The notes under the pieces were generated by a model that saw nothing but the letters and a program-made list of their open reading frames with translations, had not been told where the DNA came from and made no database searches. A stretch of 64,000 nt of DNA from a virus (taxonomy: Duplodnaviria > Heunggongvirae > Uroviricota > Caudoviricetes), in the IMG/VR virus record IMGVR_UViG_3300044618_002782, positions 1 through 64,000 of that record; one strand, 5' to 3'. A program made the translations under genes and the position numbers. This document shows positions 15,611 through 25,098 of this stretch, piece by piece (position 1 is the first letter of the stretch; the number at the start of each line of letters is the position of its first letter).

Positions 15611-16281
15611 TCAAGCACATTGGCAAACACGGCGATCGAAAGGTTGCTATTATATTTAGAGAAGTACCCGGCGAAGACCACATGACCTTGGTCATCTATC
15701 CTCAGACATTGGCTGTACACATGCACGATGCTATCATGCGAGTGATCGAATCTCCTGAAGGGCAGGCTGCAGAAAATCTTGGAGATGCGCTATTCCGTAG
15801 TCTACTGCCGGACGGTCGTCCCATGCTACAGACCTTGCACTCAGAAGGAATGATTAAAAAAGTACAGGCCAAACAAGTCACAGTTACTCCTACACCCAGC
15901 AGCTCTGTTAATCTGGCAGAGATGAATGAGATCATTCGCAAGATGAAAATGGGAAACGAAGCTATTCAAGAAATGGCCAATCTCGATGCCAACAAAGGTT
16001 ACACCGGCAAAGCTAGACGTCGTGATGATTACGGTCGCGAAGTTGGTGCTCCAGTTCCACAACGCATGGCCGAAGTAGCAGGGTCAGATGCTGCCAAGGC
16101 ACTAGACGATGCACATTTGGCAAAGGATCGAATGGCACAGGCCACTCGTATGGAAGTCGAAGCTCGTGGATTGTTGGCTGAAAGTGCCAGACTCAAGGCC
16201 GAGGCCGAAGCCATGGCTGGCGGAGCACCAAAACCCAAACGTGGACGGCAGAAGAAGGTGAAAACTGCTGATGCAGCTTGA
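15607..16281 (+). CDS. hypothetical protein with Arg/Lys-rich, coiled-coil-like C-terminus
   Basis: Start chosen at MIKHIGKHGD (ATG 15607; RBS GGAGAAG). The track ORF from 15478 runs in the same frame but lacks an RBS. C-terminal tail KPKRGRQKKVK. Confidence 0.45.
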   Translation: MIKHIGKHGDRKVAIIFREVPGEDHMTLVIYPQTLAVHMHDAIMRVIESPEGQAAENLGDALFRSLLPDGRPMLQTLHSEGMIKKVQAKQVTVTPTPSSSVNLAEMNEIIRKMKMGNEAIQEMANLDANKGYTGKARRRDDYGREVGAPVPQRMAEVAGSDAAKALDDAHLAKDRMAQATRMEVEARGLLAESARLKAEAEAMAGGAPKPKRGRQKKVKTADAA

Positions 16282-16573
16282 TCGAGACTTTTTACAAAGA
16301 TGGGAACAAATTGTTAACGACGTTGACAAAAATCACTGTCCAATAGAATGTGTCAAGAAGGTAGTTTTTAAAACTACCGATCGTAAACAAAAAACCATCA
16401 ACCTGCGTCAACTGCGCAAGCAAGGATTCAACAACGACAGTATCGAACAAGCTGTATCGGTTTATATCAGTGAGAACGATGGCTTAATTGCTTCAATGGA
16501 ACTGGTGCTGGATGTTGAAGCAGTGGCCGAAATTATTCAACCCGAAACCGACAAACTACTTAAAGGAATTTAA
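16271..16573 (+). CDS. hypothetical protein (100 aa)
   Basis: Overlaps the upstream gene by 11 nt; ends at the thyX start. Confidence 0.4.
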   Translation: MQLDRDFLQRWEQIVNDVDKNHCPIECVKKVVFKTTDRKQKTINLRQLRKQGFNNDSIEQAVSVYISENDGLIASMELVLDVEAVAEIIQPETDKLLKGI

Positions 16574-17259
16574 TGCAAGTACGTCTAGTCTCAAGCTCGG
16601 CTCCCACAGCTGAGTTTGCTGACGCCGGGATCGACAACGTGCAAGAACTTATTGCATTTTGTGCCCGTGTCAGCAATCCTTCAAATCAACTCAACACCGA
16701 AACCAGCGAAAAACTGATCAATTACCTGGTCAAACATGCTCATTGGTCGCCCTTGGAAATGGTTTCGGCCTGTGTCGAAATCACAACCACACGTGATATT
16801 GCTCGCCAAATCTTGCGACATCGCAGCTTTGCTTTTCAAGAGTTCAGTCAGCGTTATGCTGATCCGACCAAGGACTTGGATTTTGAAATTCGTGAAGCAC
16901 GTATGCAAGACACCAAAAACAGACAGAACAGTGTTGAGCTAGATTTAACTGATGCTGGCAATCGGGAAACCAATCGAATTTGGATAGAGAAACAACAGGA
17001 TGTGATTAGAGCTGCTCGAGAAGCTTATACCTGGGCTGTTCGAAACGGCATTGCCAAAGAACAGGCCCGTGCAGTATTGCCTGAAGGTAACACAGTGAGT
17101 CGATTGTACATGAATGGTTCTTTACGATCCTGGATTCATTTTATCGAATTGCGCAGTGCAAATGGCACACAGAAGGAACATCAATTGGTTGCACTGGCAT
17201 GTGCTCAGGTCATTTCGGAGATTTTCCCCATGGCTGCAAAACTTGTTTCAGTAGAATAA
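16573..17259 (+). CDS. thyX: flavin-dependent thymidylate synthase ThyX
   Basis: RHRSFAFQEFSQRY matches the ThyX RHRxxxxxxxS signature. Length 228 aa. Distal Arg-rich motifs are conserved (SRLYMNGSLRSWIHFIELR). Confidence 0.8.
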   Translation: MQVRLVSSSAPTAEFADAGIDNVQELIAFCARVSNPSNQLNTETSEKLINYLVKHAHWSPLEMVSACVEITTTRDIARQILRHRSFAFQEFSQRYADPTKDLDFEIREARMQDTKNRQNSVELDLTDAGNRETNRIWIEKQQDVIRAAREAYTWAVRNGIAKEQARAVLPEGNTVSRLYMNGSLRSWIHFIELRSANGTQKEHQLVALACAQVISEIFPMAAKLVSVE

Positions 17260-17286
17260 TTGTGTTAACTGTGTTAATATAAACAC

Positions 17287-17610
17287 ATGGCTCGTATCAA
17301 GCAGTTTCCTACCTACGCCGTTGTTAACAATGAGACTCAGTGGCAACTTGTAGACGACAAACCAGTTAAGATATCTACCGTTATTGTACACGAATTTTCC
17401 ATAGGCGATGTAGAGGATCCTGATATCTATGCTGCTGACCCATTACTGGCGTGGCAGCACAGCGAAGCTGGTATGTGGGTTATGGAACACAGTGTAGAGC
17501 TGCCGCAATGGCATCGTCGAGTTGATCAGTACACGTATGGATATCGGTACTGTATTGCAGCAAGATTAACAGAACAAAACGAATTATTTTTTAAGTTGAA
17601 ATTCCAATGA
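17287..17610 (+). CDS. hypothetical protein (107 aa)
   Basis: Intact ORF; ATGA overlap with the epimerase gene. Confidence 0.4.
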   Translation: MARIKQFPTYAVVNNETQWQLVDDKPVKISTVIVHEFSIGDVEDPDIYAADPLLAWQHSEAGMWVMEHSVELPQWHRRVDQYTYGYRYCIAARLTEQNELFFKLKFQ

Positions 17611-18575
17611 AAATACTAGTAACAGGCGGTCTGGGTCTTATCGGTCACAATGTAGTTCAACGATTAGAATCACAAGGACACCATGTTGTTATTGTTGATG
17701 TTTGTACCAACTACGATCTTATTCCCTGGGACGAAATTGACTATTTGTTTGCTGAACGTCAAAAGAAAATCGCCACCAATCAGATTTATCGCACGGACAT
17801 TGTGTCTGAGGCCATGAACAATATAATAGAACAAAATCAAATTGACACTGTTGTTCACTTGGCCAGTTTTCCGCGACAAAAAGTTGTAAATGTAAATCCA
17901 CAATTGGGCAGTCAGACCATGAGCGAAGGCCTGTTAAATTTGTTGGAACTGTCTGTCCGTCATCAAGTAAAGAAGTTTGTTTATATCAGTAGCAGCATGG
18001 TCTACGGCGACTTTGCAGATCAAGTACGCGAAGATGCTGTGTGCCGCCCACAAGGGCAATACGGTATCTTAAAGTTAGCAGGCGAATGGCTGGTAAAAGA
18101 CTACACTAGAAAATCAGGCATAGCACATGTGATCATTCGTCCCAGTGCTGTGTACGGACCCTTAGATGTGAACGATCGTGTAATCAGCAAGTTCTTGCTG
18201 GCTGCCATGCGTGGTGAAACTCTCAACGTCAACGGAGCAAACGAAACCTTAGACTTTACCTATGTCGACGATGCTGCTGACGGCATTGCGGCTGCTGTCA
18301 CGTTAGACGTTGCTAACAATCGGACCTACAACATTACCAAGAGCCATAGCAAGACATTACTGGAAGCTGCTGAACTGGCAGTTCGTATTGCCAAGCGTGG
18401 CTCTATCAATGTGAGAGGGCGTGACTTGGATTTTCCCAGCCGCGGCGCATTGAATATCGATGCTGCTCGACGAGACCTAGGATACAATCCTCAAGTGGAT
18501 ATGGAAGAAGGGTTTGAGATTTATCATCGGTGGCTCCAAGAATCCCCTTACTGGCAGCAGCAGCTCAAGGCATGA
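17607..18575 (+). CDS. NAD(P)-dependent sugar epimerase/dehydratase (extended SDR)
   Basis: N-terminal Rossmann motif MKILVTGGLGLIGHNV. Catalytic S...YxxxK (YISSSMVYGD; YGILKLAGE). Confidence 0.7.
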   Translation: MKILVTGGLGLIGHNVVQRLESQGHHVVIVDVCTNYDLIPWDEIDYLFAERQKKIATNQIYRTDIVSEAMNNIIEQNQIDTVVHLASFPRQKVVNVNPQLGSQTMSEGLLNLLELSVRHQVKKFVYISSSMVYGDFADQVREDAVCRPQGQYGILKLAGEWLVKDYTRKSGIAHVIIRPSAVYGPLDVNDRVISKFLLAAMRGETLNVNGANETLDFTYVDDAADGIAAAVTLDVANNRTYNITKSHSKTLLEAAELAVRIAKRGSINVRGRDLDFPSRGALNIDAARRDLGYNPQVDMEEGFEIYHRWLQESPYWQQQLKA

Positions 18576-19660
18576 TATCATTCAACGGCCTTGATCGTCA
18601 ATATCAATCTTTAAAAAACGAAATTGACCCTGTAGCATCTCAGGTGTATGCTTCGGGGCAATTGATGAATGGTCGCTATACCGAGCAGTTCGAAACTTGG
18701 CTTGCAAGATATAACAATAGCCGTTATGCAATAACTGTGCATTCGGGTACTCATGCACTTGAGGCCATTGCTGAATTTCACCGACGAAACTTTCCTTATA
18801 CACCAACAGTATTGATCCCGTCCTTGACTTATCGAGCCACTGCCAATGCGTTCAAACGTGCAGGGTGGCATATACGATTTGTCGACACTGACCGATACGG
18901 CTTGTTGAATTTTGATAGTTTACCAGAAAAGATTGATTATGAGGCTGTGGTTATTGTGGGCTTGTACGGTGCCAGTGTGGCACACATGGGCAATCAACGA
19001 CAATGGCAAGACTGGTTATACAGAGATACACTGATAATTGAAGACGGTGCTCAACATTGGTTAGCTGACAGTGGTACTCGAGTTGGTACTGCTACTGCTA
19101 TCAGCTTTGATCCCACAAAGAATTTACCTTGCTACGGCAATGGCGGAGCTGTTGTCACAAGAGACAGTGCGTTGGCAGAATTTGTACGCAATTGGCGCGG
19201 CAATTCAATGACTGGTGGCACCACTGTTGGTACCAACAGTAGGATGAGTGAATTGGACTGTGCATTAATGATGGTCAAAGCCAATCACATTCACCAATGG
19301 CAAAATCGACGACGAGACATTGCTGCTTATTACAACGAACAATTTACAGGTACCGCAGTTAAGACTCTCATCACCGATGACATGATGTACAGCCATTGCT
19401 TTCACAAATTTGTCATCGAAGTTGACAATCAGCACCAGCTGCAACAAGATCTTGCTGCTCGCGGCATAGAAACAAAAATACATTATGTACGACCTTTGCA
19501 CGAAGAACCAATTTACAGTTGTTATCCTGGGCCTAATTCGTTGCTGAGTTGTTCTAGTACATTGAGTCGCAGAGTATTGAGCTTGCCTATCTACCCTGAA
19601 TTAACTGATAGCGAAGTAAAACACATTGCTGCTCAAGTCAAACGATGTACTGCTGATTAA
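18572..19660 (+). CDS. DegT/DnrJ/EryC1/StrS-family PLP-dependent sugar aminotransferase
   Basis: SFDPTKNLPCYGNGGAV fits the family SFHxxKxxxxGEGG PLP-lysine motif. LIPSLTYRATANAF matches the TATANAV-like block. N-terminal DRQY. Start at ATG 18572 (ATGA overlap) rather than the track's 18530. Confidence 0.7.
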   Translation: MISFNGLDRQYQSLKNEIDPVASQVYASGQLMNGRYTEQFETWLARYNNSRYAITVHSGTHALEAIAEFHRRNFPYTPTVLIPSLTYRATANAFKRAGWHIRFVDTDRYGLLNFDSLPEKIDYEAVVIVGLYGASVAHMGNQRQWQDWLYRDTLIIEDGAQHWLADSGTRVGTATAISFDPTKNLPCYGNGGAVVTRDSALAEFVRNWRGNSMTGGTTVGTNSRMSELDCALMMVKANHIHQWQNRRRDIAAYYNEQFTGTAVKTLITDDMMYSHCFHKFVIEVDNQHQLQQDLAARGIETKIHYVRPLHEEPIYSCYPGPNSLLSCSSTLSRRVLSLPIYPELTDSEVKHIAAQVKRCTAD

Positions 19661-21818
19661 AATAATCTCTTAGCCAAGCCCATTCAAACGTCAGCAACAA
19701 GCTGTCATAATTTCCCAACACTGAATCATAGTATTCTACAGCATCTTTGGCACCACGCAAGCTCCATTCGGCATGGTCGCCTTGCGCACGTTTCTGCCAT
19801 GTAGTTAGTCTGTATTCTGTTTCCACATCAGGTATGGTTTCGTAGTAGTATTGCAGTTTTACAACTTCTCTAAATGCAGTACGCCATGTGCTCCAAGGAT
19901 CTGTATTAAAGTGTGCTGTTCCGCTTAGTACGGGTTCTACACCGTGTGGCTGACTTAGTGTAAAGTCTAGACCGCGTATTTCGTCGGTCCCTAGCACTAA
20001 CTTCTTGTTGTACGCAATCAAGCCTTGATGTCCATACTCTAATCCATTTACTGGATTTCTACTATTAAAGATGTAGTGCTTGGTCTGTTGCATACGATCT
20101 GGTTGCCAACCAAAATCAAATGCAGGATCAATTTCTAGTTTGGCAAACACAGAAAAGAACCAAGGTGTTTCGCTGGCGTCGGCTGCTGCTTTGTATGCTG
20201 CGCCTCGTCCGTTGATGCCGTCGACTCTAATACAACGATTGCTCCGTCCTGCTGTAATAGTCTGCAAGTGTTGCCAATTGGCATCAGCATTGGGCTCGCT
20301 GTTGCTGAGAAAAACAATGTCTAACAGCCGATCAGATTGAAATTGTTTTGTCTTATCAATATAGGAATAATCGTATAACTGTGTTTTGATATACGGTATT
20401 GCAGCACGTGGTACAACAACAGACGAAGCTCCGGCACTAAGTGGGACAATGGTTTTTGTTTCTGCACGCCACATGGGCACAGTCGGTACATGATCAACTA
20501 TTCCGTCAACTGAAAATACTGCCAGTGGTCCAGACCATTCTGCTGTGGATACTGTCCCCACATGAGAGTCTTGGAAGTGTTGTATTACAGGTATTGCACG
20601 GCGCGGAACTGATTGATTCTTGACAAAATTTAAATCATACCAATCTAACAACTTACACTGTTCGCTACGATAAGCAAAAGTCGGGGCATGCATAAAAAAT
20701 GTGTCGCCGAATTTTTCTTCGTTGCTGGGGAATACATGTAGCATGCCTGCCTGCCACTGTTCTGGATGCCAGCTAAAATCAAAGTCGGTATAATCGCAGA
20801 TGCTGCTGCATATCCAAACAAATTCATGTTCGTACTGAACATTTTTTGCTATTCTTTTAAGAGTATCTAAGTAGTTGTCAAAATACCTGACAACTTTTGT
20901 AGTGCCAGGAATTTGTCCAGCATTACCATCCAAGAAATCTATTTCAAATACCGCAGACGCCACACGGTTTGTTTTAATTTTAATTTGATCTATGTACTTG
21001 ATGTCAGATGCCCCGGGTGCTTGATACCGAGGTCCACCTGTTTTTTGATGCTGCGTTCCAAACTGATAGATAAATTTTCCGTCAGTGTCATCAGGATGCC
21101 ATGTATAATCAAACCCGTCAAACTGGCCGTTAGGTATTTTCCAATGTTCATCGACTGTGGTTTTTAATAATCTGGGTTCGGCGCAATACTTGATGTCAGA
21201 TGCCCCGGGTACTTGATACTGAGGTCCACCTGTTTTTTGATGCTGCGTTCCGAACTGATATATGTAAGCTTGGTCCAGCAGGTCTGGGTGCCAGGAATAA
21301 TCAAAACTTAAATCAAGCACAGACCAATTGTTAGCAGTTGGCAATGCAATTGCACGTGGCGATTCTATAATTTTTATATTGTCACTGCCATTGACAAAAA
21401 CAGGGCCGCCTGTTCTTTGCCACTGTGTGCCGAAATAATACGTCACAGGCGGATCAGCAGGATCCGGGTGCCAAGAAAAATCAAATGAGCTATCTATATT
21501 TTCAGGAATATACCAGTTGTCGCAATTTGATAAACGTTTAATAAACCTATCAGCATGATATTGTGTTTCGCAGTAATCCATTTTAGGAACTAAGTATGTC
21601 CCGGAATCTTTTTGATGCTGGCTAGGCCAAGTATGGCGTTGATTGGCTTGCCATGGCACTGGTTCCCAAAGCCAATCCCAGTCTGTGTAGTCCGATAAGT
21701 AATTGACAACCCAACAGTATCGAGTGCGACTCAATTGCTGGGCATGTTCGATACTATCTGCTGCACGTTCATGCGCAAACAAGCCTGGTTTTTTACCGAT
21801 ATAGAATACATCAAACAT
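19638..21818 (-). CDS. large repeat protein with 5-6 copies of an FD(F/Y)(S/T)WHPD...Y.FGTQ(H/W)Q(K/R)TGGP module
   Basis: Repeats FDFSWHPDPADPPVTYYFGTQWQRTGGP, FDYSWHPDLLDQAYIYQFGTQHQKTGGPQYQVPGASDIKY, FDYTWHPDDTDGKFIYQFGTQHQKTGGPRYQAPGASDIKY, FDFSWHPEQWQ..., FDFGWQPDRMQ.... Function unknown. Confidence 0.5.
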   Translation of the reverse strand: MFDVFYIGKKPGLFAHERAADSIEHAQQLSRTRYCWVVNYLSDYTDWDWLWEPVPWQANQRHTWPSQHQKDSGTYLVPKMDYCETQYHADRFIKRLSNCDNWYIPENIDSSFDFSWHPDPADPPVTYYFGTQWQRTGGPVFVNGSDNIKIIESPRAIALPTANNWSVLDLSFDYSWHPDLLDQAYIYQFGTQHQKTGGPQYQVPGASDIKYCAEPRLLKTTVDEHWKIPNGQFDGFDYTWHPDDTDGKFIYQFGTQHQKTGGPRYQAPGASDIKYIDQIKIKTNRVASAVFEIDFLDGNAGQIPGTTKVVRYFDNYLDTLKRIAKNVQYEHEFVWICSSICDYTDFDFSWHPEQWQAGMLHVFPSNEEKFGDTFFMHAPTFAYRSEQCKLLDWYDLNFVKNQSVPRRAIPVIQHFQDSHVGTVSTAEWSGPLAVFSVDGIVDHVPTVPMWRAETKTIVPLSAGASSVVVPRAAIPYIKTQLYDYSYIDKTKQFQSDRLLDIVFLSNSEPNADANWQHLQTITAGRSNRCIRVDGINGRGAAYKAAADASETPWFFSVFAKLEIDPAFDFGWQPDRMQQTKHYIFNSRNPVNGLEYGHQGLIAYNKKLVLGTDEIRGLDFTLSQPHGVEPVLSGTAHFNTDPWSTWRTAFREVVKLQYYYETIPDVETEYRLTTWQKRAQGDHAEWSLRGAKDAVEYYDSVLGNYDSLLLTFEWAWLRDYFNQQYIV
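20995..21260. repeat. two ~74-bp near-identical direct repeats (20995-21068 and 21187-21260, ~95% identity, period 192 bp) inside gene 19638..21818
   Basis: TACTTGATGTCAGATGCCCCGGGT(G/A)CTTGATAC(C/T)GAGGTCCACCTGTTTTTTGATGCTGCGTTCC(A/G)AACTGATA, read directly. Encodes the duplicated YQFGTQHQKTGGP..GASDIKY protein repeats. Confidence 0.7.
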
Positions 21819-22908
21819 GATTAGAATCGACGAGATTTATAATAATACCTTTTGGCCCTGGATTGACCGAAATAAGATAGGAACAAGAATGTTCTTTTGT
21901 GATCCACCTGGGCGCAGTGACCCCGATAGTCTATTTAACTTGGGCAGAGATGATGTTGTAGAAAATGACTATGTATTTTTTCATGATCAAGAGCCAGTTC
22001 ATTTAGATCTGCACAAATCCTTGTTTGATGATGTGATTCAGCGCAATAAGGATATTTGGACTAAACCACAAGGACATGTAATAGTCAGTGAACAAGGAGA
22101 ACATGTTAAAAAGTTATGCGATCAGTATGGCTGGAAGGCGCACTACTATTTTTATCACGGTTGGGCCTGTCAAGATTGGTTTCGCGGATACGACAAAACC
22201 TTCCTAATACCACGTGCTCGAGACCGTGCGCCCAGCCGTGCTTTTATGAGCCCAAACAGAATAGTTGCTGGCAAACGAGATCATAGAGTTTTGTTTTTGT
22301 ACAATGTGTTTAAGAATAAGTTGGATCATAATTGGATTTCGGCTCCGAGAACCTGTAGTTACGAAAATGTGGACATAAGTGTGATTGCTAACAAGTATAA
22401 TAACACGTATCCAGACATAACGCAAGTGTTTGATTCAGCAGAGTTACCTAAGTTGTTTCCGGGTGAAGCAACACAACAAATGACGTCGTGTTGGCTTACT
22501 AACTTTGACGAAGCTGCTGACAGTTTAGTATATGTACCGACTGAGACTGTTTATTTTGGAAAAAGATTGCACATTACCGAAAAGACATTTAAAGCCATTG
22601 CACTGGAAATGCCGTTTGTATTGATGGCACCAGCCGGCAGCTTAGAATACATGCGCAGCTACGGCTTCCGTACTTTTGCAGATGTGTTTGACGAAAGCTA
22701 TGATTTAGAAACTGACGACATACGCAGAGTCGAGCGTGTTGTAAGTTTACTCAAGAATTTTGATACTCTATCCGTTACAGAACGTCAACAGATACATCGT
22801 GCCTGTTTGTCTGCAGTAGAGCATAACTATGCTCACTTTTACAACGGTGGGTTAACAGACGTGCTATGGAAAGAATTAACCGGAATGCTACATGGACTGC
22901 GTGTTTAA
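21817..22908 (+). CDS. glycosyltransferase-like protein, paralog family member 1 (TEK...P.V..GP...L...GF.TF...DESYD C-terminal block)
   Basis: C-terminal ITEKTFKAIALEMPFVLMAPAGSLEYMRSYGFRTFADVFDESYD resembles the (I/V)TEK(L/F)W...VPVVLGP block of GT10-type fucosyltransferases. Same block in three other ORFs. Confidence 0.4.
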   Translation: MIRIDEIYNNTFWPWIDRNKIGTRMFFCDPPGRSDPDSLFNLGRDDVVENDYVFFHDQEPVHLDLHKSLFDDVIQRNKDIWTKPQGHVIVSEQGEHVKKLCDQYGWKAHYYFYHGWACQDWFRGYDKTFLIPRARDRAPSRAFMSPNRIVAGKRDHRVLFLYNVFKNKLDHNWISAPRTCSYENVDISVIANKYNNTYPDITQVFDSAELPKLFPGEATQQMTSCWLTNFDEAADSLVYVPTETVYFGKRLHITEKTFKAIALEMPFVLMAPAGSLEYMRSYGFRTFADVFDESYDLETDDIRRVERVVSLLKNFDTLSVTERQQIHRACLSAVEHNYAHFYNGGLTDVLWKELTGMLHGLRV

Positions 22909-24082
22909 TTTTGTAGCTGATCGAATTATAAGAGACAAGGCTTATCCAGCTCTTGCTCGGCATCAAGCAACTCCATACACACCCGGGTGGCGAGAATTTG
23001 TACAGCATTGGCCAAATACTGTTCCGGTAGAACTGCACGAACACTGCCAACAGCATCAATATCCCATGCAACTACACAAAGTTGATTCTGGGTGGCCACC
23101 AGGATCTTATTACACTGTAGGGTTAGGATTTTTTGACTTTGCTGTTGATTATTTTTCTTTGATGCCGTTATCAGTATTAGGTGCATTGCGTCAGCAAACT
23201 CTGCAGGTGTTATTTTACTATCACGAAGGCGATAATCCTCACCATATTAAACAACGATTAGATACATTGTGTACGCAACACAATATTCCTTACAATTGTT
23301 ACTGTGTAATCAGTGGGAATTCAGCAGCTGATTCTGTGCCTGGGTTCGTTTATTTTCCAGACCACGAACTGTTATACTGGCAGCGAAATCAAGACGTGTT
23401 GTCGTTGCCTATTCACTGTGAATCAAGAGATTATAATTTTACAGTACTGTCCAGAACACACAAATGGTGGCGGGCTACTGTAATGACTGATTTACTGCGC
23501 AACAACCTATTGAAAAAATCTTACTGGAGCTACAGCACAGAACATTCTGTGGTAGAATCAATTGATAATAACCCTATAGAGATTGATACTTTAAATGTTC
23601 GAAAAGATATAATTCAATTTTTGGCAGGTACACCATATCGCTGTGATAAATTGACATCAGATCAACATAACGATCATCATATGATCCAAGCTGATCATTA
23701 TCTCAACTCCTACTGCAGTATAATATTGGAAACACATTTTGATGCTGATGGATCCAATGGTGCCTTTTTGACCGAAAAAACATTCCGAGCAATAAAACAT
23801 GGGCATCCATTTGTAATTGTAGGTTGCCCCGGTAGTCTTGCTGTGTTGAGAAATTTAGGATATCGCACATTTGATCATGCCATTGATAACTCATACGACA
23901 CTGTTATAAACAATACTCAAAGATGGATACAATGTCGTAACACAATCCTACAGATTCAGCAGCAAGACATGCACAATTGGTTTGAATCTTGTCGCAGCGA
24001 TATCGAACATAATCAACAATTATTTTTAGCTAGTAAATATGAACGCTTAAATAACTTACTTAAAAGACTCCGACACATATGA
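22892..24082 (+). CDS. glycosyltransferase-like protein, paralog family member 2
   Basis: LTEKTFRAIKHGHPFVIVGCPGSLAVLRNLGYRTFDHAIDNSYD, the same C-terminal block as 21817..22908. Confidence 0.4.
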   Translation: MDCVFNFVADRIIRDKAYPALARHQATPYTPGWREFVQHWPNTVPVELHEHCQQHQYPMQLHKVDSGWPPGSYYTVGLGFFDFAVDYFSLMPLSVLGALRQQTLQVLFYYHEGDNPHHIKQRLDTLCTQHNIPYNCYCVISGNSAADSVPGFVYFPDHELLYWQRNQDVLSLPIHCESRDYNFTVLSRTHKWWRATVMTDLLRNNLLKKSYWSYSTEHSVVESIDNNPIEIDTLNVRKDIIQFLAGTPYRCDKLTSDQHNDHHMIQADHYLNSYCSIILETHFDADGSNGAFLTEKTFRAIKHGHPFVIVGCPGSLAVLRNLGYRTFDHAIDNSYDTVINNTQRWIQCRNTILQIQQQDMHNWFESCRSDIEHNQQLFLASKYERLNNLLKRLRHI

Positions 24083-25098
24083 TTAATTCTTACACCAGCT
24101 GGCAACCACTTGAAGAAGTCATTGTGGGTCGTGCTTACAGTCCCGATTACTTTGATTTCATTGACAATGCACAAGTTCGTAATCAACTGCAGCAGATTCT
24201 GTCAGAGACCGAAGAAGACCTCAATAACTTACAAAAAACTATTGAACAATACGGTTCAATAGTAGTGCGCCCGGATCTACCATCCAAGGATCAATTTGTT
24301 TGGTTTCAAACTGAAGGTGGCGGAGCACCGTTGCCACCACTAACTCCAAGAGATTGGCAAATCACATTAGGTAACAAGTTATTGCGTGTGTTGGCCATGC
24401 CAGAGTTAGATAATATATGTGCTCGATATCCAGGACAAGTAATCAATCCACATAAAGGTGCATGGGACGCGGATTGTATACTCAACGGAGCCAGTGCCAG
24501 CTGTATTGTACGAGTTGGACAAGATGTCTTCTTTGACAACAGTGATTTCTTAAGACCAGATCAAACTCAATGGATTGTGGACAATGTACTGACACCCGAA
24601 TATCGTATTCACGAAGCTGTTACTGACGGACACGGTGATGCTGTATTTGCAATTCTCAAGCCGGGCGTTATTCTTTCTAGCAAGCATGATTTTAATTTGA
24701 ACTTAGCAGAAGATTTTCCAGGATGGGATGTGTGTAAGATTTGGGATAGCAGTATATGGGCAGCAATGGAAGTAGGCAAATTTAAATATGAACAAAGTCC
24801 TGGAGCATGGTATGTGCAGGGACAAACTCCCACTGCTGAATTTACAGACTTTGTCAATACATATCTTAGCAAATGGACAGGATTTGTAGCTGAAACAGTT
24901 TTTGATGTCAACTGCCTGGTTCTCGACGAGAATCATGTAATCTTTAGTGCTTACAACAAAGAAGTGTTTGATTTTTGCCGCAAGCATAAGATCGAACCTA
25001 TCATTAGCGAACTGCGTCATAGTTATTTTTGGGACGGTGGCATCAGTTGCTGTACACAAGATATCCGCCGGCGTGGTGGATTGGAAACTTATCTATGA
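24079..25098 (+). CDS. amidinotransferase (glycine/scyllo-inosamine-phosphate amidinotransferase family)
   Basis: N-terminal SWQPLEEVIVGRA (family NEWDPLEEVIVG). VVRPD, PEYRIHEA, HGDAVFAILKPGVILS (family H.D..F..IGPG.VL). C-terminal catalytic-Cys block GGISCCTQDIRRRGGLETYL (family GGGFHCWTCDVRRRG..). Confidence 0.8.
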   Translation: MINSYTSWQPLEEVIVGRAYSPDYFDFIDNAQVRNQLQQILSETEEDLNNLQKTIEQYGSIVVRPDLPSKDQFVWFQTEGGGAPLPPLTPRDWQITLGNKLLRVLAMPELDNICARYPGQVINPHKGAWDADCILNGASASCIVRVGQDVFFDNSDFLRPDQTQWIVDNVLTPEYRIHEAVTDGHGDAVFAILKPGVILSSKHDFNLNLAEDFPGWDVCKIWDSSIWAAMEVGKFKYEQSPGAWYVQGQTPTAEFTDFVNTYLSKWTGFVAETVFDVNCLVLDENHVIFSAYNKEVFDFCRKHKIEPIISELRHSYFWDGGISCCTQDIRRRGGLETYL

